Positions 28,389 to 38,441 of a stretch of 64,000 nucleotides of DNA are shown one piece after another. The stretch lies in contig DAORIS010000001.1 in assembly GCA_035438625.1 (NCBI GenBank), positions 56,104 through 120,103 on the forward strand, read 5' to 3'. The translations under genes and the position numbers were made by a program. Position 1 is the first letter of the stretch, and each line of letters begins with the position of its first letter. Under the pieces are notes generated by a model. That model saw only the letters and a list, made by a program, of their open reading frames with translations. It made no database searches and was not told where the DNA came from. This DNA comes from Minisyncoccota bacterium. GTDB taxonomy: Bacteria; Patescibacteriota; Minisyncoccia; Phycocordibacterales; DAORIS01.

Positions 28389-28546
28389 AAAAAAACCAGT
28401 TGAGCAACTTACGAAGTCACTTAACTGATTAGGTACTAATTATAGCATTTTTATACGCCATTTGTCAAGTACTTAAATCGATTTTAAGGGTGACCAACAC
28501 AATAAAAATGCCTCAACTGAGCCATTTTAAACCGAAGTCGGTTGAC

Positions 28547-28792
28547 TCATTCCGGGAGGTATTTTGTAATTTTTAGGTCAAAAGATAGCCAAATTTTGCT
28601 TAGTCGTGGAAAACGAGAAAGACTGGCGTTTATTTTGTTCTTTAGGACAGGAATTACGTGCGCAATGAGATACACACCGACAACAAGAAGGACAACTCCT
28701 GGAATAACTGGAAGTAAGAGACCTAAAGCACCAACTGAACACAATACAACCCCTGAAGAGAATACTGCTGTTCGTTTGATTTTAACCTTCAC
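28547..28792 (-). CDS. Small 2-TM membrane protein (PGPGW-like LLPVIPGVVLLVVG)
   Basis: ORF with two hydrophobic helices. Confidence 0.3.
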   Translation of the reverse strand: MKVKIKRTAVFSSGVVLCSVGALGLLLPVIPGVVLLVVGVYLIAHVIPVLKNKINASLSRFPRLSKIWLSFDLKITKYLPE

Positions 28793-28823
28793 CTTTCTAT
28801 TATACCTTTTTATTTACCACAAC

Positions 28824-29217
28824 TCACCGCTTCTCCCCTTTTGCTTCAGTGCTCGAACAATTCTTCGCCTTTTCATACCCTGCACTTATCGCCTCCCCTT
28901 CACTTATAAACGTCTTCAAGTTTTCTTTCTTGATCGATGAGTATCCGCTGCACCATGGAAAGTAATACTTCGTTCCACTTCCTGAAGCATAGACAGGGCT
29001 ATTTGAAGCGGGCCTAGTTGTAGCTTTGGTGGGGATTTCGACCGCTTCCCCAACTAAACCCTGGCTCTCTATAACCAAATCCTCTAGGAGCCCAGGTGGT
29101 GGTCGTGGGGGGCGGGTTAATAACCCCTACACCATACCCAATACACATTCCCACTATGCCTGAGGCGGCAGTAAGGTACAGAGGCTTGATTTTTGTTGAA
29201 AATTGCTGTATATTCAT
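28824..29217 (-). pseudogene. Probable frameshifted gene: N-terminal TM segment (frame of 29014..29217) plus Ada-like Cys-rich metal-binding domain (frame of 28824..29078)
   Basis: Two overlapping minus-strand ORFs in different frames. Upstream frame: MNIQQF...GIVGMCIGYGVGVINPPPTTTTW. Downstream frame: GSGTKYYFPWCSGYSSIKKENLKTFISEGEAISAGYEKAKNC, resembling Y-x-x-x-C...N...F...EA..AGY...C of Ada-type zinc-binding domains. The junction lies at a G/C homopolymer (ggtggtggtcgtggggggcggg, ~29095-29116). Confidence 0.3.
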
Positions 29218-29299
29218 CTGATCTCTATATCAGTCACACCGAGGTATCTCGATGTGCGGCCAGCATATAGGAAACCATATTAAGAAAAAGTAAAAATCA

Positions 29300-29572
29300 A
29301 TGGCATCCAAAAAGGCTGGCGGAACAGCCAAAAACCTCCGCGACTCTAAACCGAAGTTCCTCGGTATCAAGATCAACCACGGTCAAACAGCAAAGACCGG
29401 TATGATTATCGTGCGTCAGCGCGGTACTAAGTACATGGCTGGCCGAAACATCGGTATTGGAAAAGACCACACGCTCTTTGCTCTCAAAGACGGCGTAGTT
29501 AACTATGCTGATCGACGCAAAGAGAACTTTGATGGTTCACGAAGCGTTCGAAAAGAAGTGAGCGTAGCCTAA
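29300..29572 (+). CDS. rpmA: 50S ribosomal protein L27
   Basis: [24 protein letters not shown]...[30 protein letters not shown] matches the L27 consensus (AHKKGGGSTRNGRDS...RQRGTKFHAG...GRDHTLFA). Confidence 0.9.
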   Translation: MASKKAGGTAKNLRDSKPKFLGIKINHGQTAKTGMIIVRQRGTKYMAGRNIGIGKDHTLFALKDGVVNYADRRKENFDGSRSVRKEVSVA

Positions 29573-29589
29573 ACTACACACAAACAAAA

Positions 29590-29616
29590 AACCGACCACA
29601 TGGTCGGTTTTTTGTT
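29590..29616. terminator. Bidirectional terminator (aaaaaa-ccgaccacatggtcgg-tttttt) between rpmA and rplI
   Basis: Read directly. Confidence 0.65.
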
Positions 29617-29627
29617 ACCTACACTTT

Positions 29628-30071
29628 CTACTGCTTAACAATATTAACCTTAAAGATAAGTGTCTCATCCCCAATCTTCACTTCTACCTTGTGATCCCCT
29701 GCTTCCTTGATTGGCTTTTCCAGCTTCAGTGCTGACTCAGGAATTTTCTTTCCAGTCTGGACTACAATCTGCTCAGCAATTTCCTTAACATGGATCGCCT
29801 TAAATAAGCTACCCTTCTCGTTTGTTGCAACGTGTAATACTGGAGGCTCCTTTTGGAGTGTCCTGATGACTCCAACTAGGACTGCATCCTCTGCCTTTTG
29901 CGCAGCCAGGCGAGCAGAGTCGTCTGCTTTCATCTTTTCAAGTACCTCAGGAGTAGCGATAACCGCTAGTCCTTGTGGAATGAGGAAGTTGAGTGCGTAT
30001 CCATCCTTTGCGTCCTTAATGGTGTGTTTCTGTCCGTATCGAGGCACATCTTTCAGAAGAATAACTTTCAT
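29628..30071 (-). CDS. rplI: 50S ribosomal protein L9
   Basis: MKVILLKDVPRYGQKHTIKDAKDGYALNFLIPQGLA matches the L9 N-domain consensus. Confidence 0.85.
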   Translation of the reverse strand: MKVILLKDVPRYGQKHTIKDAKDGYALNFLIPQGLAVIATPEVLEKMKADDSARLAAQKAEDAVLVGVIRTLQKEPPVLHVATNEKGSLFKAIHVKEIAEQIVVQTGKKIPESALKLEKPIKEAGDHKVEVKIGDETLIFKVNIVKQ

Positions 30072-30129
30072 ACTGTATAAATTTAATTAATTAGTGTATT
30101 TCTACTCTTTTCTTGTCTCTTTTACCAGT

Positions 30130-31389
30130 CTACTTTCCAGTATTCAAGAATTCAATTGCTCGCTCAAATTGAGCGTCCTTTGTTCCAGAGAGTGCTCCAA
30201 ACCCTGATCGAACATCGTCTGGTCGAGGAGTAACTTCAATTGTCGGTGTTAATCCTTCCTTTGAGATCGAGTTATTTTTTGGTGTTAACCATTCTGCCAC
30301 AGTCACTTTAAGTGATGTGTTTGAGGTTACGTTCAAATACTCTTGTACAGAGCCTTTTCCGAAGCTACGGGTACCGATAAGGGTTGCAATACCATATTCC
30401 TGGAGTGCGCCCGCAAAGATTTCTGATGCAGATGCTGATCCTCCGTCAATGAGTACAACTACACGTGAGTCACTAGGGATCGTAGCGTATCCACGACTTC
30501 TATAGAGGTTATCCTTTTTGCTCTTAAAGCGTTCGGTCACAATTACATCCCCTTCTTTGACAAACCAGCTCGCAGCGTCAACTGCTGCATCGAGGTATCC
30601 TCCTGGATTTCCACGAAGGTCTACAATCAAGCGCTTACTTCCTGAGGCATAGAACTGCTGCATTGCACGAGAGAATTGGCTACTTGCAGTTCCTGTGAAG
30701 TTATAGAGTCTAATTACGAATGTTCCGTCTGGTAGACGCTCAGAATCAAGTGTAGGGATACTGATCACATCACGAACAACTTTAAGCTCCAAAGCTTGAT
30801 CATCTTCACCTCGCAATACTGAGAGTGTCACCGTTGTTCCTTTCTTTCCCTTAAGGTTCTTAATGGCACCATCAAGTGTCATGTCAGATACAGTCTGACC
30901 ATTGATTGAAATGATTCTGTCTCCTGACTTGACCCCCGCTTTTTCTGATGGACTATTTTTAAGTGGAGCCACAACTGTTAGGTATCCATCCTTAAGCGCA
31001 ATTTCAGCACCAATTCCTTCAAACGATCCTGAAATTTCTTCCTGGAAAGACTTTGTCTCTTCTGGTGGGAAGAATGTTGTATACGGATCACCGTACGCAG
31101 CTGAAAGTCCCTGGATTGCTGCGTAGATCTTATCTTGATCAGTTACATCTTGCCCTTTTGTTCCTCCATACTTTTCATCAAGCAAGTTCCACACCTTCCA
31201 AAAGACTGCGAAATCCGCACCTTCGTCAACCCCAGCTGGTACAGATGCTCCAAGAATATTACTTGGAATCTGTACTGCCTGCGCCTCACGTCGGCCGTAC
31301 ATATACCCTCCCGAAACCGCTGTAATTACCAAAACAGCAGATATAAGCCCTGAAATCCAACGTGAATATTTTTCTGTCATAGCAAGCAT
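30130..31389 (-). CDS. ctpA: Carboxyl-terminal processing protease (S41) with PDZ domain
   Basis: PDZ segment GIGAEIALKDGYLTVVAPLKNSPSEKAGVKSGDRIISING. S41 catalytic region VVLIDGGSASASEIFAGALQEYG...TRSFGKGSVQ. Confidence 0.85.
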   Translation of the reverse strand: MLAMTEKYSRWISGLISAVLVITAVSGGYMYGRREAQAVQIPSNILGASVPAGVDEGADFAVFWKVWNLLDEKYGGTKGQDVTDQDKIYAAIQGLSAAYGDPYTTFFPPEETKSFQEEISGSFEGIGAEIALKDGYLTVVAPLKNSPSEKAGVKSGDRIISINGQTVSDMTLDGAIKNLKGKKGTTVTLSVLRGEDDQALELKVVRDVISIPTLDSERLPDGTFVIRLYNFTGTASSQFSRAMQQFYASGSKRLIVDLRGNPGGYLDAAVDAASWFVKEGDVIVTERFKSKKDNLYRSRGYATIPSDSRVVVLIDGGSASASEIFAGALQEYGIATLIGTRSFGKGSVQEYLNVTSNTSLKVTVAEWLTPKNNSISKEGLTPTIEVTPRPDDVRSGFGALSGTKDAQFERAIEFLNTGK

Positions 31390-31408
31390 TATACTGTATA
31401 ATCTTCAC

Positions 31409-32302
31409 ATGATCGAAGTCAGGAAAATTGGCTCCCTACAATGGATTGATGTCGTAATGCCGACTCATGATGAGGCGCGACAACTGATTAGTGTCTACGG
31501 AATCAGCCCTGAAATTGTTGATAAAAGCATCCTCCCTTCGGTTCGTCCTGATGTTGCACATACTGCCGACTCTATATATACCGCCCTTCATGTTCCTATA
31601 TTGGAGAGAAGAAAGAATGAAATTACTATCTCTAAAGATGAGATAGATTTTATTGTTCGAGAAAAGGATGTGGTCACCATTCATTATGCTTCCTATGAAC
31701 CACTTGTAGAGTTTATAAAAATCCTCGAAGTGAATGAGGTTACCGAGCGAAGGAAATACAACCACGGAACAGATCTATTCTTTGAAATGCTCCGTCATAT
31801 TATTGATTCAGAACGACACATTGTAACCATCCTCATCTCTGAACTTGAGCGTGTTGAGAAAATGATTTTTTCTAGCAAGGAAAAACGAGCTGTTCACCTC
31901 ATCTCTAACCTTGCACGTGCCATCCAACACTTCAAACGTACGTTCCGTGGGCAAAGAGCAGCACTCGATCAGATCAACTTCTCTTCCCCGCTCTTTCAAT
32001 ACATTAAAGATGAACACGTTCGCATTTTAGAAGACAGTCATTTAGCAGAAGAAATACTCCACGAGATGCAAGACGCAAATACCGCCATGCTCCACTCGAA
32101 AGAGCACGATAGTATTCAAATTCTTACCATTGTCTCCTGTACCCTACTCCTTCCAACGTTTGTGTATGATGGTGCCCACATCATTTCTTCCCTTATGACT
32201 GGTAACGCAACAACTACACAAATTGCCTGGTTAATCCTTACACTTTCAGGCTTTGCAACCGCAGTATATCTACTACTCCGACCAAAATCTTCCCATGAAT
32301 AA
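31409..32302 (+). CDS. CorA-like divalent-cation transporter family protein (degenerate GMN motif)
   Basis: Soluble N-domain plus two C-terminal TM helices (ILTIVSCTLLLPTFVYDGAHI / IAWLILTLSGFATAVYLLL). VYDGAH sits where CorA has YGMNF. Confidence 0.4.
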   Translation: MIEVRKIGSLQWIDVVMPTHDEARQLISVYGISPEIVDKSILPSVRPDVAHTADSIYTALHVPILERRKNEITISKDEIDFIVREKDVVTIHYASYEPLVEFIKILEVNEVTERRKYNHGTDLFFEMLRHIIDSERHIVTILISELERVEKMIFSSKEKRAVHLISNLARAIQHFKRTFRGQRAALDQINFSSPLFQYIKDEHVRILEDSHLAEEILHEMQDANTAMLHSKEHDSIQILTIVSCTLLLPTFVYDGAHIISSLMTGNATTTQIAWLILTLSGFATAVYLLLRPKSSHE

Positions 32303-33716
32303 CCCCACACCGAATTCCAGAATTACTGTATACAACACACTTTCAGGAAAAGAAGAACAAATTAAGCCCATAACACCAGGTGTTATTTCCATGTACCACT
32401 GTGGCCCTACCGTATATGACTTTGCCCACATTGGTAACTTGCGAGCATATATATTTGCTGACACACTCAGACGTACTATTGAATCTGCTGGATACGATGT
32501 AAAACAAGTGATCAATATCACTGACGTTGGACACCTCACCTCAGACGCCGACCAAGGAGAAGACAAAATGGAAGAAAGTGCTCGCAAAAAACACAAAACC
32601 GCCAAAGAAATTACTGAAGAGTACACCGCTGCTTTTCTTAACGACCTTACGCAACTCAACATCCGTACAGCTGGTACGATATTTCCAAAGGCAACAGATC
32701 ATATTCCTGAACAGATTGCACTCATTAAAAAACTTGAAGAGAACGGATATACATACACAACATCTGACGGTGTATATTTTGATACATCAAAATTTTCTGA
32801 CTATGGAACACTTGGCGGTATTGATTTAGAAGGATTAAAGTCAGGAGCACGCGTCGAGGAAAATCCAGAAAAAAAGAATCATACTGATTTCGCTGTATGG
32901 AAGTTTTCAAAAGAAGCTGGAACACGACAACAGGAATGGGATTCTCCATGGGGAGTTGGATTTCCAGGTTGGCACATAGAGTGTTCTGCCATGTCAATGA
33001 AATATCTTGGCGAAACATTTGATATCCACACAGGAGGCATCGATCATATTCCGGTCCACCACAACAATGAAATCGCACAGTCACAATGTGCAACAGGAAA
33101 AACATATGTGCACACATGGATGCACTCAGCATTCATGACGGTTGATGGGCACAAGATGTCTAAGTCTCTTGGAAACACGTATACACTTTCTGATTTACAG
33201 AAAAAAAATATCGACCCATTGGCACTTCGATATTTTTTTTTAAATGCATCATACCGACTACAAGTTAATTTCACTCTTGAAGCTGTCGAAAGTGCCGGGC
33301 AAGCATTACATAACCTCTACGCACTTGTTGAAACACAACCACAGCTACTTCGTCATTTTGGAAAAGCACCTACAAGTGAAACATCATCTGATATTCCTGC
33401 ACTTATCGAGGCAATGAACTCTGACCTAAATACTTCTAAAGCCCTTTCAATCCTGTGGCAAGGTCTAAAGAATTCCACAGGTTCTCCCCAGTCAAAGATC
33501 GAACTTATTACCATTGCTGACAAATATCTTGGATTAGGACTCACTGATGCCTTAACGCTTCCACCCCTCGAAGTCCTAAATCTGGCTACAGAACGAGAGT
33601 CTTTGCGTGCAGCGAAAGATTTTACTGCTTCTGACACACTAAAGGTAGATATCAGAAATGCCGGTTACGCAATACAAGATAGTCCCTCTGGACCAATACT
33701 CCTCCGCATACGGTAG
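32295..33716 (+). CDS. cysS: Cysteinyl-tRNA synthetase (start taken at MNNPT; 8-nt ATGAATAA overlap with the upstream stop; ORF open from 32253)
   Basis: HIGH motif CGPTVYDFAHIGN. KMSKS motif GHKMSKSLGN. Zn-binding Cys in WHIECSAM. Confidence 0.9.
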   Translation: MNNPTPNSRITVYNTLSGKEEQIKPITPGVISMYHCGPTVYDFAHIGNLRAYIFADTLRRTIESAGYDVKQVINITDVGHLTSDADQGEDKMEESARKKHKTAKEITEEYTAAFLNDLTQLNIRTAGTIFPKATDHIPEQIALIKKLEENGYTYTTSDGVYFDTSKFSDYGTLGGIDLEGLKSGARVEENPEKKNHTDFAVWKFSKEAGTRQQEWDSPWGVGFPGWHIECSAMSMKYLGETFDIHTGGIDHIPVHHNNEIAQSQCATGKTYVHTWMHSAFMTVDGHKMSKSLGNTYTLSDLQKKNIDPLALRYFFLNASYRLQVNFTLEAVESAGQALHNLYALVETQPQLLRHFGKAPTSETSSDIPALIEAMNSDLNTSKALSILWQGLKNSTGSPQSKIELITIADKYLGLGLTDALTLPPLEVLNLATERESLRAAKDFTASDTLKVDIRNAGYAIQDSPSGPILLRIR

Positions 33717-33736
33717 CGTGATAAAATCTACTGCAT

Positions 33737-35128
33737 ATGGCAGTCAGATCTCAACAACCAACTCGATTACCATCTTTGCGAATTCCACCTCAGAGTCTTG
33801 AAGCTGAGATGGCACTTCTTGGCTCAGTGATGCTTCGTGCGGAAGCAATGTACGAAGTTATGGATAGCATTGCAGCAGAATGTTTCTACGCAGAAAAACA
33901 TGGAATTATTTGGAGCTGCTATCTTTTCCTGTTAACAAAGCGCGCACCGATTGACATCCTTTCAGTTTCTTCTCACATCAAAGAATCTGGTGACCTTGAA
34001 AAAATTGGCGGAGCAAGTTATTTAACAGAACTTGTGAACTGCGTTCCTTCTGCAGCAAACGTTCAATATTACGCTGAGCTCGTAAAGAAGAAACACATCA
34101 TGCGTGAACTCATTCGCGCATCCGAAGAAATTTCTTCTATTGGCTTTGACGAAGGACACGAAATCGACCAAGCGCTCGATATTGCAGAAAAGAAAATCTT
34201 TGATATTTCTCACAAAGGTTCAAAGTTTACTGCTACATCAATCAAAGACGCACTCTCTGGGGCGCTTGAGCGTATTGATCGCCTACACCAAAATACCGAC
34301 GAACTCCGCGGGGTACCATCTGGGTTTGCTGAGCTCGACGCAAAACTGTCCGGCTTCCAGAAGTCCGACCTCATTATCCTTGCTGCTCGCCCATCAGTGG
34401 GAAAAACCTCGCTCGTACTTGATATGGCGCGCAACGCTGCAATCAGACATGGAGTTCACACAGCAATCTTCTCACTTGAAATGAGCGCACAGCAGCTTGT
34501 AGATAGAATGCTCGCAGCTGAGTCACGAGTTGATGCATGGAAACTTCGTACTGGAAAACTAACGAATGATGAAGATTTTGAGCGTATCAGGGACTCACTC
34601 GAGACTTTGTCTGCTGCACCGATTTATATTGACGACCAACCCGCAGCAAGCATCCTTCGTATGAGAAGCACTGCGCGACGCCTTAAGGCTGAAAAAGGTC
34701 TTGGACTTATCATCGTAGACTACTTGCAGCTGATGGCGCCATCTACAACAAGCAGTAAGGACAACGTCGTACAACAAGTGACGGAAATCTCACGATCCCT
34801 AAAGCAACTCGCCCGTGAAATGGATGTGCCGGTTATTGCACTGTCACAGCTTTCTCGTGCCGTTGAACAACGTGGTGGTCGCCCTCGTCTTTCTGACCTT
34901 CGAGACTCAGGTTCTATTGAACAGGACGCCGATGTAGTTATGTTCATCCACCGAGAAGATAAGACAAAGGAAGACTCTCAAAAGCCAAACATTGCTGAAA
35001 TTCTCATCGAAAAACACCGTAACGGTCCAACTGGAAAAGTGGAACTATTCTTCGATGACAAGAAGTCATCCTTCCTTTCTATTGATAAGACATTCGGCGC
35101 TGCAATTAGCGGAGGCGACGATTTCTAA
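33737..35128 (+). CDS. dnaB: Replicative DNA helicase DnaB
   Basis: N-terminal PPQSLEAEMALLGSVML. Walker A AARPSVGKTSLVLDMA. RecA-like C-domain. No intein. Confidence 0.9.
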   Translation: MAVRSQQPTRLPSLRIPPQSLEAEMALLGSVMLRAEAMYEVMDSIAAECFYAEKHGIIWSCYLFLLTKRAPIDILSVSSHIKESGDLEKIGGASYLTELVNCVPSAANVQYYAELVKKKHIMRELIRASEEISSIGFDEGHEIDQALDIAEKKIFDISHKGSKFTATSIKDALSGALERIDRLHQNTDELRGVPSGFAELDAKLSGFQKSDLIILAARPSVGKTSLVLDMARNAAIRHGVHTAIFSLEMSAQQLVDRMLAAESRVDAWKLRTGKLTNDEDFERIRDSLETLSAAPIYIDDQPAASILRMRSTARRLKAEKGLGLIIVDYLQLMAPSTTSSKDNVVQQVTEISRSLKQLAREMDVPVIALSQLSRAVEQRGGRPRLSDLRDSGSIEQDADVVMFIHREDKTKEDSQKPNIAEILIEKHRNGPTGKVELFFDDKKSSFLSIDKTFGAAISGGDDF

Positions 35129-35137
35129 TTCATTTCT

Positions 35138-35782
35138 ATGAACGCCATCGACTCACTGCAGGAAATCATTGCGAGGCTTCCTGGTATTGGCCCACGACAA
35201 GCACGAAGGATTGTCTTTAGTATTGCTCAGCAAGGCTCTGACTTCCGTGGTCGTTTTATACGAGAATTAGAGAGACTTTCTGACACCACAGCAGAATGCA
35301 CTCTCTGCCGAAGACAGACTCTTAAAGCTGATCTACACAGTGATGGAGCGTGCTCAATTTGCTCTGATTCAACGCGTGATACTTCAACAAGGATGATTGT
35401 CAGCACCTCACTTGATCTTGAGGCAATTGAGCGCACCGGGGCATATAGAGGCGTCTATTACGTGTTTGGCCCACTCGTTCCCCTCTCCCCTACTTCATTT
35501 CAAGAAACTTCTGCAGAGAATCGTATCAATACCCTTTTGAATTTCCTTTCAAGAAATAATAATGTTCTACTAAAAGAAATTGTCATTTCATTTTCAGCAA
35601 CAGCTGATGGACAACACACCTCGCATGTTATTGCAGAACGTATCCGAAACTCACAAGAACAGACACTAGTCTCAGTTCCAATAACTGTCCTTGGACGAGG
35701 AATGTCCACTGGTACTGAAATTGAATATATTGATGAAGGGACATTTGCTGCAGCTTTCAAAGGAAGAAATCCCGCGGAATAA
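35138..35782 (+). CDS. recR: Recombination protein RecR
   Basis: LQEIIARLPGIGPRQARRIVF helix-hairpin-helix. C4 zinc finger CTLCRRQ...CSICSD. Toprim domain. Confidence 0.9.
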   Translation: MNAIDSLQEIIARLPGIGPRQARRIVFSIAQQGSDFRGRFIRELERLSDTTAECTLCRRQTLKADLHSDGACSICSDSTRDTSTRMIVSTSLDLEAIERTGAYRGVYYVFGPLVPLSPTSFQETSAENRINTLLNFLSRNNNVLLKEIVISFSATADGQHTSHVIAERIRNSQEQTLVSVPITVLGRGMSTGTEIEYIDEGTFAAAFKGRNPAE

Positions 35783-35830
35783 AAAATGCCACACGAGACT
35801 CGCGTGGCATAATGTATCTCATTGGAACCA

Positions 35831-36043
35831 TTACGCATCATTGGTTTGAACATACACAACCAACCCAAGAAACAAGAACAGCACACCGATGACTTCGAGA
35901 AAAAGCCCAGTGAAGGCATCGGTAAAGTTAATTTTCTTACCCCGTAAGAAATTCATGAATGTAGCCGGGATAATCAACCACAACCCAACTACAACAATAA
36001 TAATTCCAAATACCAACATGAAGCATGACTCATTCCTGCTCAT
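35831..36043 (-). CDS. Small 2-TM membrane protein
   Basis: ORF with two hydrophobic helices. Confidence 0.3.
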   Translation of the reverse strand: MSRNESCFMLVFGIIIVVVGLWLIIPATFMNFLRGKKINFTDAFTGLFLEVIGVLFLFLGLVVYVQTNDA

Positions 36044-36109
36044 GTAACACCTCGACTTTGAGATAAAGAAAAAGTTCTAAGACTTAAACTACACCACATT
36101 TCTATATAA

Positions 36110-36142
36110 TACAAAATCCCGCCTCTAGGCGGGATTTTGTAT
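36110..36142. terminator. Bidirectional terminator (aaaatcccgcc-tcta-ggcgggatttt) downstream of rplU
   Basis: Read directly. Confidence 0.65.
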
Positions 36143-36145
36143 TGA

Positions 36146-36463
36146 TTAGGCGATCTTATCGATCTTTACCTGTACGAATAGTTGACGGTGACCGTTACGC
36201 TTCATGTATCGGCTCTTTTGCTTATATTTAACAACCAAAATCTTTGGGTGTCGTCCAATCTTTTCTACAGTTGCATGAACTTCAGCACCTGAAACTGTTG
36301 GAGTACCAATTTTTGAATTGTCACCTTCAGTTGAAAGGAGGACTTCACCGAAGACAATCTTGTCGCCTTCTTTTTGCTCATCAGCAAGCTTCTCTATCTT
36401 AAGAGAGTCGCCTTCAGCAACAAGATACTGCTTGCCACCGGTCTTAATAATTGCGCTTTTCAT
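36146..36463 (-). CDS. rplU: 50S ribosomal protein L21
   Basis: MKSAIIKTGGKQYLVAEGDSLKIEKL matches the L21 start (MYAVIKTGGKQYRV...). Confidence 0.9.
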   Translation of the reverse strand: MKSAIIKTGGKQYLVAEGDSLKIEKLADEQKEGDKIVFGEVLLSTEGDNSKIGTPTVSGAEVHATVEKIGRHPKILVVKYKQKSRYMKRNGHRQLFVQVKIDKIA

Positions 36464-36520
36464 AGGCGTCTATAGTACCGTATATAGGGCTTTTTGGCAA
36501 CTATTACAGATATTAACCGA

Positions 36521-37648
36521 CTATTCCTCTCCGTCGAACTCAATTGGCTTATCAATCAAGGGTAGTGCAGCAGCAAGTTCGTATTTATCACCAGTAATCC
36601 TCATTACATCTTTATCAATTTTTTTAAATTCCTTGGCTGAAGATGTGTAATGATTCACAACAGTACCAAGGGAGTTACCAAGCTTCTCGTGGTACTGCTC
36701 AAAGGCTTTGAGGTGCTTTGCGAGTTCCCCCACATGGATTGCAATCTGCTTTGCAGATTCTTCAATCTTAAGCGCCTTCAAGCCCTGCATGACGGTCTGG
36801 AGGTATGCAAGAAACGATGTTGGAGAAACAATGATGACGCGCTTCTCTCTAAAAGCATAGTTAATGAGGTCTTCGGTATTAATCTTTAGTGATCCAACCT
36901 TGTTAATAAGGAGGTCGTAATAGATACCTTCTGAAGGGATGAACATGAACGCAAAGTCCATGGTATTTTCGTCCGGTCGAATATACTTTGATGTTTCATC
37001 GATTCGCATCTTAAGATCACTTTTGAACATCTTCTCAAGTCGTTCCTTTTCAACTGGGTCATGCTCACCGATAGCACGATTATAGTTTTCAAGAGAAAAT
37101 TTGGAATCAATTGGAATAATTTTTTCTTGAATGATTACAGCCGCATCGACAATTTCACCATTCTTAAATTTATACTGCATTTGATATGAGCCCGGTGGAA
37201 GAACGTTCTTAAGAACATTCTCAAGGAAATATTCGCCAAGAACACCACGTTGCTTTGGGTTTTTAAGTACATCTTGAAGAACCCGAAGTTCGGTTGCCAC
37301 ATCACTTACCCGTTTATTTCCTTCCTTCACCTCAGTGAGTTCTTTTGTAATATCCTTAATCAGTTTCTGTGACTCACCAAACTGGAACGTTACGGAGTCA
37401 CGCACCACCTTTGAAGATTCACTGATTTTTGTGTCCATTGTGCGCTGGAAATCACCCATTTGGCTATTGAGAACTTTACGCATCTCACCCATCTCTTGGA
37501 GGACAATTTGCACCATTGGGGCACCTGTATCTTCATCTTCTTTCTTTGAAGACTTGATTGTTTTGTAGATAAAAAATATAGCACCCGCATTAAGCGCTAA
37601 AAAAGCAATAACTGCGATGAAAATACCGATAAGAATAGTTGGTGACAT
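36521..37648 (-). CDS. rmuC: DNA recombination protein RmuC
   Basis: N-terminal TM, coiled coil, and the RmuC signature KQRGVLGEYFLENVLKNVLP (QRGxWGExxLE). Confidence 0.7.
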   Translation of the reverse strand: MSPTILIGIFIAVIAFLALNAGAIFFIYKTIKSSKKEDEDTGAPMVQIVLQEMGEMRKVLNSQMGDFQRTMDTKISESSKVVRDSVTFQFGESQKLIKDITKELTEVKEGNKRVSDVATELRVLQDVLKNPKQRGVLGEYFLENVLKNVLPPGSYQMQYKFKNGEIVDAAVIIQEKIIPIDSKFSLENYNRAIGEHDPVEKERLEKMFKSDLKMRIDETSKYIRPDENTMDFAFMFIPSEGIYYDLLINKVGSLKINTEDLINYAFREKRVIIVSPTSFLAYLQTVMQGLKALKIEESAKQIAIHVGELAKHLKAFEQYHEKLGNSLGTVVNHYTSSAKEFKKIDKDVMRITGDKYELAAALPLIDKPIEFDGEE

Positions 37649-37689
37649 GCACGCATTATACCCGAAACCATCGTGCTATACTCCCCTCC

Positions 37690-38154
37690 ATGACAATGCA
37701 AAACATCCAAGCAACTATCAAATCACAACTTATTGAGGCAATGCGAGCAAAAGACGCCGTACGAACCGGAGTTATCCGCGGTCTCATGAGTGCATTTACA
37801 AACGAGCTTGTAGCAAAAGGATTAACTCCTCAGACTCCCCTTCCTGATGAAGATGCACTTCGTGTTATCGAACGTGCAGCAAAACAAAGAAAAGACTCAA
37901 TACAACAGTTTATCGACGGTGGACGACCAGAACTTGCTGATACGGAAAAAGCAGAACTCGATATTATCGAAACATACCTCCCTGAGATGATGTCTCAAGA
38001 TGAGATTCGTGTTGTTGCAGAAGCAAAGAAAGCAGAACTCGGAATTACTGATAAATCAAAGGCAGGGCAATTTACAGGAATGCTCATGAAAGAGCTAAAA
38101 GGAAAAGCTCGAGGAGACGACGTGAAATCTGTCGTAGACCAACTGCTTGCATAA
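37690..38154 (+). CDS. GatB/YqeY-domain protein
   Basis: MTMQNIQATIKSQLIEAMRAKDAVRTGVIRGLMSAF...LADTEKAELDIIETYLP matches the YqeY pattern. The ORF is open from 37639, but that would overlap the rmuC 5' end. Confidence 0.65.
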   Translation: MTMQNIQATIKSQLIEAMRAKDAVRTGVIRGLMSAFTNELVAKGLTPQTPLPDEDALRVIERAAKQRKDSIQQFIDGGRPELADTEKAELDIIETYLPEMMSQDEIRVVAEAKKAELGITDKSKAGQFTGMLMKELKGKARGDDVKSVVDQLLA

Positions 38155-38441
38155 AAAATCTTGCAATAAAAAACCCGGCCACATGCGCCGGGGAAACAAC
38201 CCTTGTTTTATTTAGAGATTCGCAGCAATCGTTGGCTGCAGGGTTATCTCTATCCTTCTTTCTTAATATCAGTACGTCCCTGAACCTTCATTATTAATGG
38301 AACGCACCTCACTCGAAAAGGTAAAGGAGTGTGCCCAATGACATCTCAGCTTGGTACCGGCCGATACCTTGCCAAAACCGGGATAACCTCTCGAGAAACT
38401 TACAAATTTTATTATACTATATCAGTTTTAATTGTCAACTA

